NCBI GenBank assembly: GCA_030141605.1
Contig: JAQGDQ010000039.1
Location: forward strand, 124,001-188,000
Direction: 5' to 3'
From: Tubiluchus corallicola
Lineage: Eukaryota > Animalia > Priapulida
DNA length: 64,000 bases
Shown: positions 1 through 13,100 of the stretch, in pieces
How the letters are laid out: every line of letters begins with the position of its first letter
Position numbering within the stretch: position 1 is the stretch's first letter
Program-made: the position numbers and the translations under genes
The notes under the pieces: generated by a model
Database searches by the model: none
The model's input: the letters and a program-made list of their open reading frames with translations, nothing else
What the model was told of the DNA's origin: nothing

Positions 1-714
1 AAATAGCTTTGTCCAAATGGCACAACTCAGCTATATTATAAAAAAATCAAAACACAGAAATGACAGTCATGAAATACAGTCATTTAGCCGTTTCAAGAAG
101 TTCCCTATGTTCATGTTGCAAGTTCAATGATACCTCTACTGTTGTGATTTGTCAGCAAAGTAAAATGGGAATGTTGACAAGCGAAACACAGCTTCGTACA
201 AATGGTACAACTCAGCTACATTATAAAAAAAATCGAAATTTGAGCATCTATGCATGTCCTTAGTATGCACATGAATAGAGAGCATGAAAAAATGGTTAAG
301 AATAGCAGAAGTAGCAAATTTTTGGGAATTTCGCTTAAAGGGAAGAAAAGTCCAGAAAGCTCTCTGTTACTGCAAACGTAGTTTCCTATTGTACCTCCCT
401 TCCAGATGTATCGTGATCCAATCGCTCATTCAGAAGCCTTAGTACTGTTATGAACCATGCACAGCAACAAGAACAAAAGAGCAACAATGCGAGATTTATT
501 GTGACTGATTGTGTGACTTTTTATCTCCTTTAATTTTATTATAAAAAGCACTAAGATGTTCAGTTGGAGTGCGTTTTTAAGAATCAACTATTATTATTAT
601 TAACAATGCAATAATAAGCAGTTACTGATTTGCCCAATTCAGAAATTTTACTTTTGTTTCAATTGAAAAAAAAGTTAACAGTAAGCAAGTTATCAAAATT
701 ACAATCAAACTAAC

Positions 715-3700
715 CTTCTCAGTCTTTTCCCTCTCTGCTTCCATGACGGTCTTCTCAAAGTCGTATATCCAGTTCTTGCGTTGTTCAAACTTCTCCTCAA
801 TGCTGTTCCAGATTCTCTGTAGCTGTTCAAGTTTTGCTTCACGGAGATTCTTTGTTAGAAAAACATCAAAATTTCATTAGTGCTTACAAGCATGAGTGAC
901 TGTCATTGGAAACTGGATTCATTAAATTCTAAATTAAATTATAGATTAAAAAAAGCATGAACATTAGTAAGTTAAACTAGTTACGAGGCCACTTGATAAT
1001 GTTGTATCCCCCCCCAAAAAAAACTGACATAAGAATTAATTTATTATTTTGAGAAACAATTAGGCTTGACACATTTCTACAACAATGACCTAATTACCCA
1101 GCACGGCACTCAGTAGAGAGCAGCAGAATATAATTTACGATTTAAACTGTGCAGCTTCTTAGGTTGCGACATAAATAATGAACTGTTTCCTCGTCTCTCA
1201 TTAATGGCGAGCATGTTTACTTTTTGCAATTTTTCTACACAACACTATATGGTGACATAACATTTTGTTCTACATAACATATGGTGAATTTTCTCATGCA
1301 AGCTTATAGTAAACAAATAAAAACTAATTTAGTTTTGACATTCTTAATCAATGATTGCCAAAATTGGAAGAGTTCTTCATTGTCACATGACCCATTCTAC
1401 AAAGTTTCGGTTTCGTAGATTTCGAAGTTTAGCAGTTTAGGATTTAGTAACAGAATAAAGAAACAAACCAACAAACAAATGGCAAAGTTACTGGCTTCTT
1501 CAATCCAATAAAATAAAGGTCATGTTAAAGCAGATATCAGCATTATGAGCTATTTCTCAAGAATAAATACAATAGGTGCCGTTTATTATATTTATGATTA
1601 ATAGAATCTCTCGCAATTCCGAGTAATTGACTCAAAAACATCTAGTACAGGCTGCTCCTATTCAAATGTATGTAAAAATTGCTGGCAACTGACTCAAAAG
1701 ACACTGCGCAATTGAATCAACATTTTTGCTTCACGTACTTAAAACAAGACATTTGTGAGTGACCAAATAGCTTTTACTACTTTTATGTTATCTTTACTTC
1801 ACTTGTATGCACTATAATACACATAGAAACAGTGTAAGTAATACCATGCAATCTTATTTGTTATCGAAACAAAAAATAATAAATGCTATGAAACTTCATT
1901 ACAGATCCAACATACATTATTATATGTCACTTCCCATCTTTTTCTAAATTTTTGGTTTAATGTGTCACTAATATTATAGACATGTTAGCACATCTACATG
2001 TTAACTATAATAAAGATATATGTTTTTTTTGACCGCCCACTTAATCTAATGTTATTATGGCTTTTTATTGCCTATAAACATTACATATTTACTTTTTCCC
2101 ATTTCAAAAAATTATTTAAATGGTACCGTTTCAATGTCCAGTGACCTCAAGACTAGTTCTATATCGGTCAAGCTTTCTGAAAGCTTACAGATCAGTTCCT
2201 TGCTGTTTACAGCAGCTTTATCTTCTGCTTCCTAGATAACAAACATGTGGTATGTCAGTCAAGAAAAGTTACTAGATCCATCAGTTAAACTGGAAATTTT
2301 TCAGAGGAAATTGAAATTATATTCTTACTACTAATAATACTATACATATTATCTTTATTTCATACAATTCACTAAACTAATGTACTCTTTTTAATAGTTA
2401 GCAAATTTAGTAAATATATTAATATTAATGATAATTTATAACCGGGCTAATGGAAAAAAATAAGTATAATATATGTGTGTACATGTATATATGTACATAT
2501 ACATATGTAAATATTTGTACTTATTTTTTCCATTAACCCAGTCATAAATTATCATTAATATTATATCTATCATTAACATTATATATATATATAACCAAGT
2601 CAGTAATGATTTTTTCACTGTTGCGAGATAATTTATTCATATAGCTAACTGGCTATTGTCAAGCCAAGCCTCAAGTACTCCACCCATCGCTAACATTTCC
2701 TTAATAATATTTCCATTAGTAACGGTTTTTCTATTTGCGCTATTAATATATTGTTTCATAAAATCATTTACTTTCAATTTACATGACTGTAAAGCAGCAC
2801 TGTTACTAAATCCCAGAAAACCACTTTAATATTTTAAGTTAAACACAGTTGTGTTTCTGACATTATTGCTAATGATTTTAGAAGGATAATGCACTGCTAT
2901 TGCACTGATGACATAAGACACTGCCAAATAAAAGTTACAACTCGAACAGATGCACGCCACAACCGAAAGCTTAAACCAGTAATCACTGATAATAAATTGC
3001 TATGTGTGCGCCATGGTGAAGAAGAAAAATTTCCTAATTCCAGTGTTCCTAGCGGTATTTAACCTATATAACCAATGACAGCACAAGCTCATAGCATAGT
3101 TAATTAAATTTTGTAATCATACAACTTATTTGAAATAACAACAAATTTGAAAAAGTTGGAACAGCCTAAATTTGAACCACGACCTTCTGCTTACGAGGTA
3201 GTGCCATAATGCTAGCTGTCATGTCCTCCGGCAATCACGACAGTCCACAGTTCATCCTTTACAGCTCGCCAGTCACTTTCAGCATTTTCAATGTCTGATC
3301 ACTCACGCTAAAGTGATTCGAACAAATTAGCCTATTTTTAATTTTGAACGTTTTCCGTTTTTCAAGATTTGGTTTCAAAGTTCAGTTAAAGGCGTGATTG
3401 TTTGCAAACCTCATACAGATGATCTAAGTCACAATAAAACTGCTTCAGAACCGTTTGATGTTTCTGTTTTCGTTTAGCACAAATGCGTTCTTCAATACCA
3501 GATGGCTCGCGAGCTGATACTAAAACAAAATTATGGTCAAGTTCACAACTGTAGTAAATAATAATAATAAATAATAATAAGTAGCACACGTTACACTTAC
3601 AGTTTATTATTTATAAGCTCTCATCACAATATCAAAATACTATCAATGGTGCTGTATAAACATAAAAGAAAATCACCTAAAATCTAAAAATCACTTTAAA

Positions 3701-4104
3701 TTATGACAAGGAGCACAAAATCACCAGAAAAATGGCTGTAAAAATTACATTATCACACTAATAAAAAGTTAAACTATTAGATAGACTAGTAAAAAGTTAG
3801 ACATAAAATGACAGACTATTAAGATTACACAAATGCATGCTGAAGTTTAATGAAAGTGGTCTTTGCGAACATATGCCCTCTTTTCATAGGAACTTGTAAG
3901 TCTGAATTTGCAACTAACTGTGCAAACTGTAACTATTTATGACACAATTATCCGATTGCAAATCACAGTGGCACAAAATCACTTATGAGTTATCTACCTA
4001 ACTGACTGAAAATAATCAATATTGTCTAGGGAAATCTCTTATGGAATCGAAAAAATCTTACCGGGAAGTTCAGAAAGTGCCTGTACTTCTTCCACATCAG
4101 CCAT
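715..4104 (-). CDS. Coiled-coil protein, CCDC180 (DUF4455)-like, 5' exons only; gene continues beyond left edge
   Basis: Exons 4104-4062, 3519-3410, 2231-2127 and 849-715 all have GT-AG boundaries and compatible phases (1,0,0). The spliced product is MADVEEVQALSELPVSAREPSGIEERICAKRKQKHQTVLKQFYCDLDHLYEEAEDKAAVNSKELICKLSESLTDIELVLRSLDIETNLREAKLEQLQRIWNSIEEKFEQRKNWIYDFEKTVMEAEREKTEK. From memory it resembles the CCDC180 N-terminal region (EV..L, KL.ES, L..LW..V....RK..I), so the family call is inference. Confidence 0.7.
3161..3220 (-). mobile_element. tRNA(Thr)-derived SINE head / tRNA-like remnant
   Basis: The minus strand reads ...ACCTCGTAAGCAGAAGGTCGTGGTTCAAATT: a CGT anticodon-like loop followed by a B-box (GGTTCAAAT). 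There is no intact acceptor stem. Confidence 0.5.
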
Positions 4105-7100
4105 CACCAAGCAGAATAATGATCACAGACATAATCTAATTTCTGCAATTCAGTCAGCATGTTGCCAACTGTACAAGAAAAGCAATCTGTAGTTATGGCA
4201 TAATTTTTCAAAAAAAAAAATACAGATATAATCAAGGACCTCTATAGGAAGGTACTGCAAGCATACTCCTATAGTATAGGGCTTTCAACAGGCCAAATTC
4301 TACTAGAAATTGTCCCATTAGTTTTAGTTTTCATCAGTCTGCAATAAAATGCTTTTCCCATTTCTGACTACACTTAGGAATTATCTTTTTCAACAAAAAA
4401 TAAAGAGATAATTTTGGGATTTCAACAAAAAATAAAGAGATAATTATGGGAAATTATGGAGATTTCCGCAGTACAAATACAGCAGTACAAATTTAAACAG
4501 AAAAGGCTAACATTAAAACATCTGCCGGGAGGTTTGTAATTTGAATATTCGCTGTAAATTTTTGTTCTCTTCAACTTCTAGTTAAGAACTAGAAGAAATG
4601 AGAAATAAACATAAACAATTTTTGTCCTGCAATGGAACTGAGAGCTTACATAGCCACACATTAATAATTTTTGTTCTGCAATGCAACACGAGATTCTTAC
4701 ATAGTCAGACATTATTGATTTTTGTCCTGCAGTGCAACTTAGGTATCACATACCTGGACCAAGCATTTTATGATCAACGCATGGAGAACAACAGAATGTT
4801 GTTGTCATTGGAAGGGATTGTTTTATATTGCGATGTTTTCCTTAATGAACAGTTTTGCTGGAATGCATTAGTGTTGTTAAGCGACAACTTATTGCAACTT
4901 GAATCACAAAAAAATTGCAGTTGCACATAATGATAATTCATTTTGCGTGAAGCAAAAATACAAGTGACAGCAATAGAAAAGTAGAAATGTTACAGTTCAA
5001 AAAGAGAAAACGTATAATCTACACAAATACAGTGATGTTCAATTAACAAGTTACTCTTTATGCACACATTTGATAAGTGTGCACACACTTTCTGGATGCA
5101 TTTGTCTTGAACAGTGTGGTTATTTTAACATTACGCAGAGGCTTACTCAATTTTATTATAATGAGTGAACCATTTTAATGACAAATAAAGAATTAATATA
5201 TATATATATATATATATACATTGAACGGGAACAATTAAACAATGAAATTACTACAAGAAAAGCAATCTGCAGTCATGGCATAATTTTGCAAAATAATGCA
5301 GACACAATACAAAAAAAATCTACAGGAAGGCACTGCAAGCATGCTCCTGGCAGCAAATCCCAGCAACCGCGTGACCACAACATGGGAGATCTGCGTGAAG
5401 CGGATAGTTAAGACCAAAGATAGTTTTAACAAAGTGTATAAAGGGAGGACGAAACTAATTATTACGTATTTCGTTTTTGCGATTAGCGGCCATGCTGGCG
5501 GCATCAAACGGCGAATCATTAAAAAATTTTGAGCGGCGCAATGACTGTAATAATAATAATATTCTTAAGTTCACCAATAATGTTGGCATAATAAAAGAAG
5601 ACTATCTCAATTAAAAGCAATTATTAGTTTAAAAAAACTGAAAATATTTAATGAAAATGAAAAAAAAATTGTAGCAATAAGTTTGTATTATGTACTTGCA
5701 AATGAATCTTCAGTTTTCTTGTAAGTAAAATTTTATTGTTCTTTCTGAGGAAAGAGGCTAGCTGACTGCGTGATTGACTGCCTACTAAGTAATGCGTTTT
5801 TTATTGATTTATTGATTTTCTCTCCCTCCCTCTCTTAGAGAGAAAGAGAGAGGGAGGGAGGGGAAGAGAGAGAAAGAGAGAGACAGAGAGAGATCCTTCT
5901 TTTGCTTTTGTTTGAAGGTTCTGCCATTTGTTTCTTGGTCATTTTACTCTAATGCGTGGTAGCGAATTTGGCACATTAAAAATTGCACCCATTTACGTGC
6001 CCTGCAATTAATCTATATATTATATTGTAGGTTTGTATATAAATAATTTGCATGCATGCACATAATAAGTAATTGCATACAGTCAGGGCCTATTTCAGCC
6101 TAAGCGAGGCCTGGGGAAGGGGGGCGTGTCGGGGGGGGGGGTGCAAAGCGCCGAGGTGGGCGCCACCATGGTTTGCACCCAGAAAATTTTTGAACTGGTA
6201 GAATGCCGGAGAAGCATTTTCGAAGAGAAAATAGCGAGGAGGCAGTATGTTCGCATAAAGCGAAAAAAATGTTACCTAGGCACGAGGCCCCCCTGGAGCC
6301 AGGTATTTGCAAATTTCAAACTTTTTTTTTGATCAACTTTCTTAACTTCTTTTGTAAATAAGCATATTAATTTTTATGAGATATGATTATAATAGTTTTT
6401 AATTTAACTACTAATTATTCTTAATGCCCCAAAAATATAACAGCTGCTATAAATCGCCAAAAAGAAATGTAGGCCTTGCAGTCTTTGCCTAGTGTACAAA
6501 ATATTTAACTTATAACAAAAGTTACAAAACTGTGTTATAATTAACATTTTATTATAATTACCTGGCTGCGTCCTTGTGAAATTTAAAAAGATATTTTTAT
6601 TTGTGTTTTTGCAACTCACTGCTGAGCAATTTATGAGCGCCTGTTAACCGGCCTGGTTTTGGTGGTCTCATTAATTCATCTGCTACAGTACACATAGCTT
6701 GCGCTATAGCGTACCTGACAACAACAGTTCATACTGATCTGCCGCTAGGGCGAACTACTGCGCCTTATGGTCCCTCATTTCTGCGGTTGTATTCTTTGGT
6801 TTTGACTTGTTTCTCTTAAAATGATTTCCGGTATTGACACTTTACATTAAAAATAAAGTGTCAAAAGTGACATAAAAAGTGATGTGTTGAAATAATAATC
6901 ATTATTGTTTTATTGATTTTGGTATTTTCATATAGTTCTGAACTAACAACAAAAAAGAAATGTGCCTTGAGGGCAAATAGATGACGCCAATCTCATTAAT
7001 CGTCCTGCTTTGGACAAAGTTAGTATTACGTAATCATTAGCAACTTGATCGTGAGTCCGTGACGCTAATCTGAGTGACTTGAGAATTTGTGAACACTTCA

Positions 7101-7339
7101 AACTTAGTTATTCCAGTGTTTTCGCTTTCATTCTAGTCTGTAGTGGACAGTGAATTGAAAATTAATCAGCGAATGGTAATTGACTTAAACTTAAATTAAC
7201 AATTTGCAAATTAAAAAGAAATTGGTTTTTGCTGTCCTTTTTTCTTACGACTCCGTGTGTCAAGTAGTATTACAACCTGCAATGCAATGTAGCAGTGAGG
7301 CGTTATCAGCTTCACTTCTATGAATAACTATCTTTATGA

Positions 7340-8830
7340 GCAACTATCTCTACTATGAACAAGTATCTCTACTACATTAATACACCCATCCTTAGAATGA
7401 CTTACTCTGCCCTAGTATATCCCTATCTGCAGTGCTGTGTGTTGTCATGTGGAAAAGCTAAGAGCTACATCTTGCAGCCATTGATTGTTGTACAAAATAG
7501 AATAGTTAAACTGATTACATTTAGTAACTATCAAGCTCATGCCACACCCTCGTACTTTCAACTGACACTTTTAAAGCTGCAAGATATCTATTATTTAGAA
7601 TTATTTAAATTCATGTCAAAATTTAACAATGACATGTTGCCTAGTCTTTATAAAAACTATTCCTTAAAAATATATAACATTCATTCTTATTACACGCGGT
7701 CCTCAAAAGAAGGACATTTCTTTCAGCTTCGCTTTAATACCCAGCATGGCCTCAACAGTTGCTAATTGCGAAATATGCGGGCTTGTAAAAATAGTTTAAA
7801 GTGTACATCTTATTCATTTTGTGTCATTTTTTCCCTTCACTTACATCTTTATATCATATTTTATTTTACAATTACAGTTACTATACTTTCTTGAACTTTG
7901 TCTAAAAAACATTGAGTTAATACTGCCTTCTCTTCATATTGCAAATTCAACCACTGCAAATTGATTAATCTTTAAATAAGGGTGTTGGGAGCCGAGTGGA
8001 CCACTGAGCCAAGTAGACCAATTGGTCTACTTGGGCTGCCCAAGTAGGACACTAGAGACAGGTCGCGAATTGAGTCGTTAAGTGTACTGACACCGTCCGT
8101 TGTGCTTGTTTATGTAATAATAATAATTAAAAACGTTAGTACACGTTGAATAATTTATTATACATCTAATAAAATAAAAGAATTTTATTCTGAGCTGGTA
8201 GAATGGACAATATTAAATTTGGTTTCGATATTGATGTTGTTGAAGTGAAAAAACCCACTTTTTTAGCGAGTTCAACATTTGTTTAAGGTATATCATTTTT
8301 GATTTTGTCTCACTTCACAAACAGGTGATCCGTTTCACTACCTCTTGGGCAAATAATTGTTTTTTTATAAGTAAATGTTCTAGCGATCTATGTGTCCTAC
8401 ATGGGCTAGCGAGCCATGTAGGACAGTGACCTATATGTTACAATACTGCTGATAATATTAAAACTAATTATCCTTGCTTTTCTTAAATGTTAAAAATTAC
8501 TGTTTTACCAACAAGTTTTTTACCAACCAACAAGCACAATTTTTAATAAAATGAAGAAACTTTCACAGAATTTTCAAAAATTTGACAACATTACCGATTC
8601 TCGACAAAAATCGCTAGTGTCCTACTTGGGCTGCCCATGTAGGACACTACTTTTAGCCCATCGGTTTTACCGGAAGTGGTCTACTTGGCTCAGTGGTCAA
8701 CTCGGCTCCCTACAAAGGGCAACATGTAAAGGACCACATGTCGTCGTTGCCCTCGCTTTTGGTTAACTTCCATTAGTACTTTTATGTTATTACTGTGTTG
8801 AACCATGTGTGCAAAATAAAATTATCTATT
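7340..8830 (+). mobile_element. 5'-truncated L2/CR1-group LINE remnant (ORF2 C-terminus and 3' UTR), interrupted by a DNA element
   Basis: ORF 7355-7765 (YSALVYPYLQ, QNRIVKLI, LKLQDIY, IHSYYTR) has the pattern of the post-RT C-terminus of L2/Crack LINEs. After the insertion the sequence resumes with a GGGCAAC...GTTGCCC stem-loop (~8717-8752) and AATAAA (~8815). Confidence 0.7.
7983..8714. mobile_element. Non-autonomous DNA transposon with ~38-bp TIRs, TGT..ACA termini and 5-bp TSD (Ginger-like)
   Basis: The left end TGTTGGGAGCCGAGTGGACCACTGAGCCAAGTAGACCA matches the reverse complement of the right end (…TGGTCTACTTGGCTCAGTGGTCAACTCGGCTCCCTACA) with 2 mismatches. AAGGG flanks both sides (7978-7982 and 8715-8719). 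Internal sub-terminal palindromes CTACTTGGGCTGCCCAAGTAG occur at ~8028 and ~8622. Confidence 0.85.
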
Positions 8831-10173
8831 ATGAGTGCTGCTTTATAAATATTTTGTGGTATAAATGTGAGTTGCTGGTACTACTACTAGTAGTTGTAAT
8901 TATATGTGACAAAAAGGATGATCAAGATCTGAATTTGTTCTGATATAATTATGGCTTAAGGATCCTGGCTGTATTAATGGAGACCATTTTATTTTTTAAT
9001 GTTTGTTTTAACTAATGTAATGTATGCATTTATGTATGTATAAGGTTTCCATCAATCCGGATTTGGCCCAGAGTCTCCTGAATTTCAGCCATTTGTAATC
9101 CTTGTTTTTGAAGAACCTTATGTGAATTAGTCATAGGACATTGACAGCAGTTACATAATCAATTAAATATAGTCGATTTTTCATTTGGTTTTCAGCTGAG
9201 TAACCTTTGTGTCTAAGAAGCAATACCAGGACGCTTAGTTTCTGCATAAAGGTAGTGCCAAATTACACTTGATTTTATAACTTGACAACAATATTTGTTG
9301 TGCAATTTTTGTGGATTTTCCAGTAAACAAGTCGAGAATGGTATTGGTAATCAGTGGCAGCTTGTCATTAATCGACAATAAAACTCCAAATCAATTATAA
9401 CTGATTAAATTGATTAATTGGTGGTGCCAGTAATTTAAATAATTATTTTTCATATAGTAATGACTCCATATCTAGCTGAATATTGTATTCAATTTATGTT
9501 CTATCTAGGGCCTCTATAGTATTATTATAAACATTGAGTAAGAAGTTAAATAATGACCGGAAAGCAGTAATGAACCTCTAATAAATTATACATGTCCAAC
9601 AATGCCATCTCTCTTGCCTGTTTACAAATCTTTCTTAAATAAACTTAATAGATGTTGCGTAAGAGATTACAAGGAACAAAAAAATATATTTCATGTTTAT
9701 GTATATCTTAGCATTAAAATCTTCTCTTTATTGTTTGTATTCCATTTTTTACACTTTTTTACCATTATTTTGGTGTGTTCTTTGATAATTTCCAATTATA
9801 CATCATTTCCTGATGATGACTGCTAGAGAGCGAATGAGAGAAAGTATAAAAAAATCTTTGTGTGGGATATTTGTGCCAGCTGATTTGTGCCAACTTACTA
9901 CTGTAACTCCGTGATCATAGTGACTTCACAATTTTTTACTCTTTTGCTTTTGTGACCACTGACCAGACTGGTACATTTTAGATGTTCTACAGTTCAGTTT
10001 TGTACAACATTAGTCATTGTCTTAATCATTTATAAGAATGCGTGTAGTTATAATTTCTTTGCTTTGAACATGTGATCATAGAGTTCTTTTGTTTCTTTAA
10101 GCAGTGATGTAAACCTTTCTTAAAGCACGGAAAGAAAAACAGTAGCTGTTGAAGGCAGGTGTTTCTCATTAAC

Positions 10174-13100
10174 ATGGCTTCGAAGAAACGTGTCAGCACA
10201 ACGGCAACGGCAAGGTTAAAGCAGGATTATATCCGGATTATGAAAGACCCAGTTCCATATGTAACTGCTGTACCATTGCCAAATAATATTCTAGAATGGT
10301 AAGTTTACTGCTTCATTGAAAGTAAGTAATGAGACAAAGTTGTAAATTACACTGCCAACATTACTTCTATTTATTGTCCATACCTACCTTTTTAAGAAAG
10401 CAAATTTTTGCAGTTAATAAAACAGTATTAGTTTGCTCTGAAGATTTGTATCTAACTGTCATACTCCAAGGCACATTTAATGAATTAGTTGAAAATCTTG
10501 TGTTTCAGGCTGTACGTTTATAGTTCTATTTTTGTGTACAGAACTTTGCGATGGGGTAACGTGGTACGTTTTATGTCTAATTAAGTATAAAATTTATAGA
10601 GAAAATAATTTGTTCAACGACGATTATAAGTATATTCAATGATTTTTAAAATTATGTTTGATTTGCCGAGTAGCTGCCAAAATTCAGTATAAATGTTTTT
10701 TCGATAGATAAAATAATAAAACCTGTTGGTTTTCTAGCTTTAATTTAAAAAAATTACTGGTAAACTTTGTATAAAATGCCATTACAAATAAATATATTAA
10801 TAAACATTAATTTGAATTGCAGGAGATACATAGTTCGGGGTCCAGAAAATACACCGTACGAAGGTAATCCCTTTTATCCATACATTGCAACTCTGCTGTA
10901 TTTCCACTAATTATTTGCAGTTCTTCACAGTAGATACCAATTTTTAATTATTAATAGATTTTTGTATAATTTATGATCCCAAATATGGTCTCATATTGTC
11001 TATCCGTGTTCACTACTGTGCGAAAAATGCTAACATAAATTTTTAATGCTAATAAATGCTAACCGTTACAAATTTTGTATTCACGTACTAGGAAGGGGTT
11101 TTTATTGCAAGTGAAATTTGAGCAGTAGGAGTAACTAGCAAACACTAAATTAGAATCAATTGAAATCCCCTGTCAAGTACAGAAATTATACTGTTGTTCA
11201 TTGTGTAATTGGGTGCGGGAGTTTGAAGGAAGAGGCCTGCATGGAGTCTTGTTAAGCCAGAAATTCCAAAAAAGGCAAAAATGTATTTTATTTGCGAAGT
11301 ACTGTTGTTTTTCAACAAATCAGTTTGATGTAATGCTGTCATGCTGAAGTTTAAGAATTAAAAATTGACAGATTCTGGGGCTCCTTGGCTAATGATATTA
11401 TGGGCCTCCTCGTACAGAGCCACCTTCTAACTCACCCACACCCGTGTTGAATATTTTTTACTCGTGATATATTTTTTTACGTAGCTTGAAGTAAACTTAT
11501 TGAAAGGTCTTTAAATAAACTAAAATAGCTATCTTTTTGGAGGTCAATAAAACTATTCCTTAAGAAATACCACTATTTTACTATTTATTGCAAACCAAAT
11601 TAGGACATAAACAAATTTTTTACTAAGTGTTACCAAAGCTAGAGGGCTCCCCAAGCTTGGGGCCATAGGTCACTACAGGCACCACATGTCAACGAATTTG
11701 AAGCCTCCAGTTTCCAACACAGTTTCCAACTGTGTGCAATGTGTAAGGCAAGGAAAATGAGAAAAAACAAGGATTTGGTTGATTTGTGTTAAACGCTGCC
11801 TTTTAGTCATTTTGCTCTGAATTAATCTCGATTAATTGAATCACTGTTCAGTCGCCGATTACGTCGATTTATACATGATTGTAATCGAGATTAATTTGAT
11901 TAATCAAATAATTGCCTGTCAATGCTTGTTAGATGCATTATTAAAAGAGATCCACATCTTCTAGTGGTTCGGTTTCTCCTTTCCAAATAGCTATAAATTT
12001 CCATTCAAGACCCTACGAGGAACCATTAGGACATTTTCTCTCTCTAGGAACTGCTGGTGAATACCTCTTTTTTCGCATTATCATAACACCACATAGGAAA
12101 AATGTCTTAGCAGTACTTGACAATGCTCTTGGATAGAATTTTATAGCTGTATGGAAAGAGAACCCGTGCTACATATGATGTGGATTTCTCTTACAAATGT
12201 CTCTACACGAGGACAAGGGGCTATGAGTTAGTTGGGGGAGTGTTTTTTCTGAACACTTCTGTATTATTTCCAGGTGGTATATATCATGGCAAGCTGATCT
12301 TTCCTAGTGAATTTCCATTTAAACCTCCAAGTATTTATATCATCACACCTAATGGTCGGTTTAAAACTCAGACAAGGTGAGTTTACACAACCATTTATTG
12401 TGCTTTTTAGTTATTTTAGTTATAAAAACAGAAATATGTCATTAAGTAAAAGAATTCCTGTTTAATAATATTTCTGCTGTGTGTACTTGTAGATTTTGAA
12501 TCCACAGACAGAACAAAGTCATCTGTCAGACTGATTTTGTTAGAGTTACACTACTAATGCTTGGTAACTACGTAATATTAGTTCAATGGTGCAAAGTATG
12601 TGGTGCCATCTTGGATGTATGTCCAAGTAATAGCAAACATTTCCATCCCCAAAACATACTGTATCTATGGTATCACACCATAAGATGGTACCATTTCTTA
12701 ACAATTGTTAAAGCTTACTAGGAAAAATATTGTGTTCTATTTTGCAATCTGCTTTACATCTGATGAGATAAAGTTTTTAATGAAATTTCCTATAGGACCT
12801 TTCTACATTCATGCATAACTTTTAACTCGTTTTGTTTTATTATGTATTTAATTGTAAAAGGGCATAATAACAAGCTAAAAGGCCATACAGATGTTTTAAA
12901 ACTTCTTTTAACTAATTTTCCTTTCACTGAAGAATTAATAATCTTTCATCTAGACATCCAGACTATATTAACAAATTCTTCAAATGTAAATCTTAATTTG
13001 TCTTGTCCAATATTTGTGCCCCTTTGGTGTGAATTGTACATGTATTCTGCCCAGAATGCCAATGAGCTTTTTTTAAACTTCTTATTTCCAGCACTTCAGT

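Noticed and set aside
6110-6160. G-quadruplex-like G runs between the divergent genes
   Set aside because: They lie within a GC-rich MITE-like end (CAGGGCC… at 6084), and there is no independent evidence of function.
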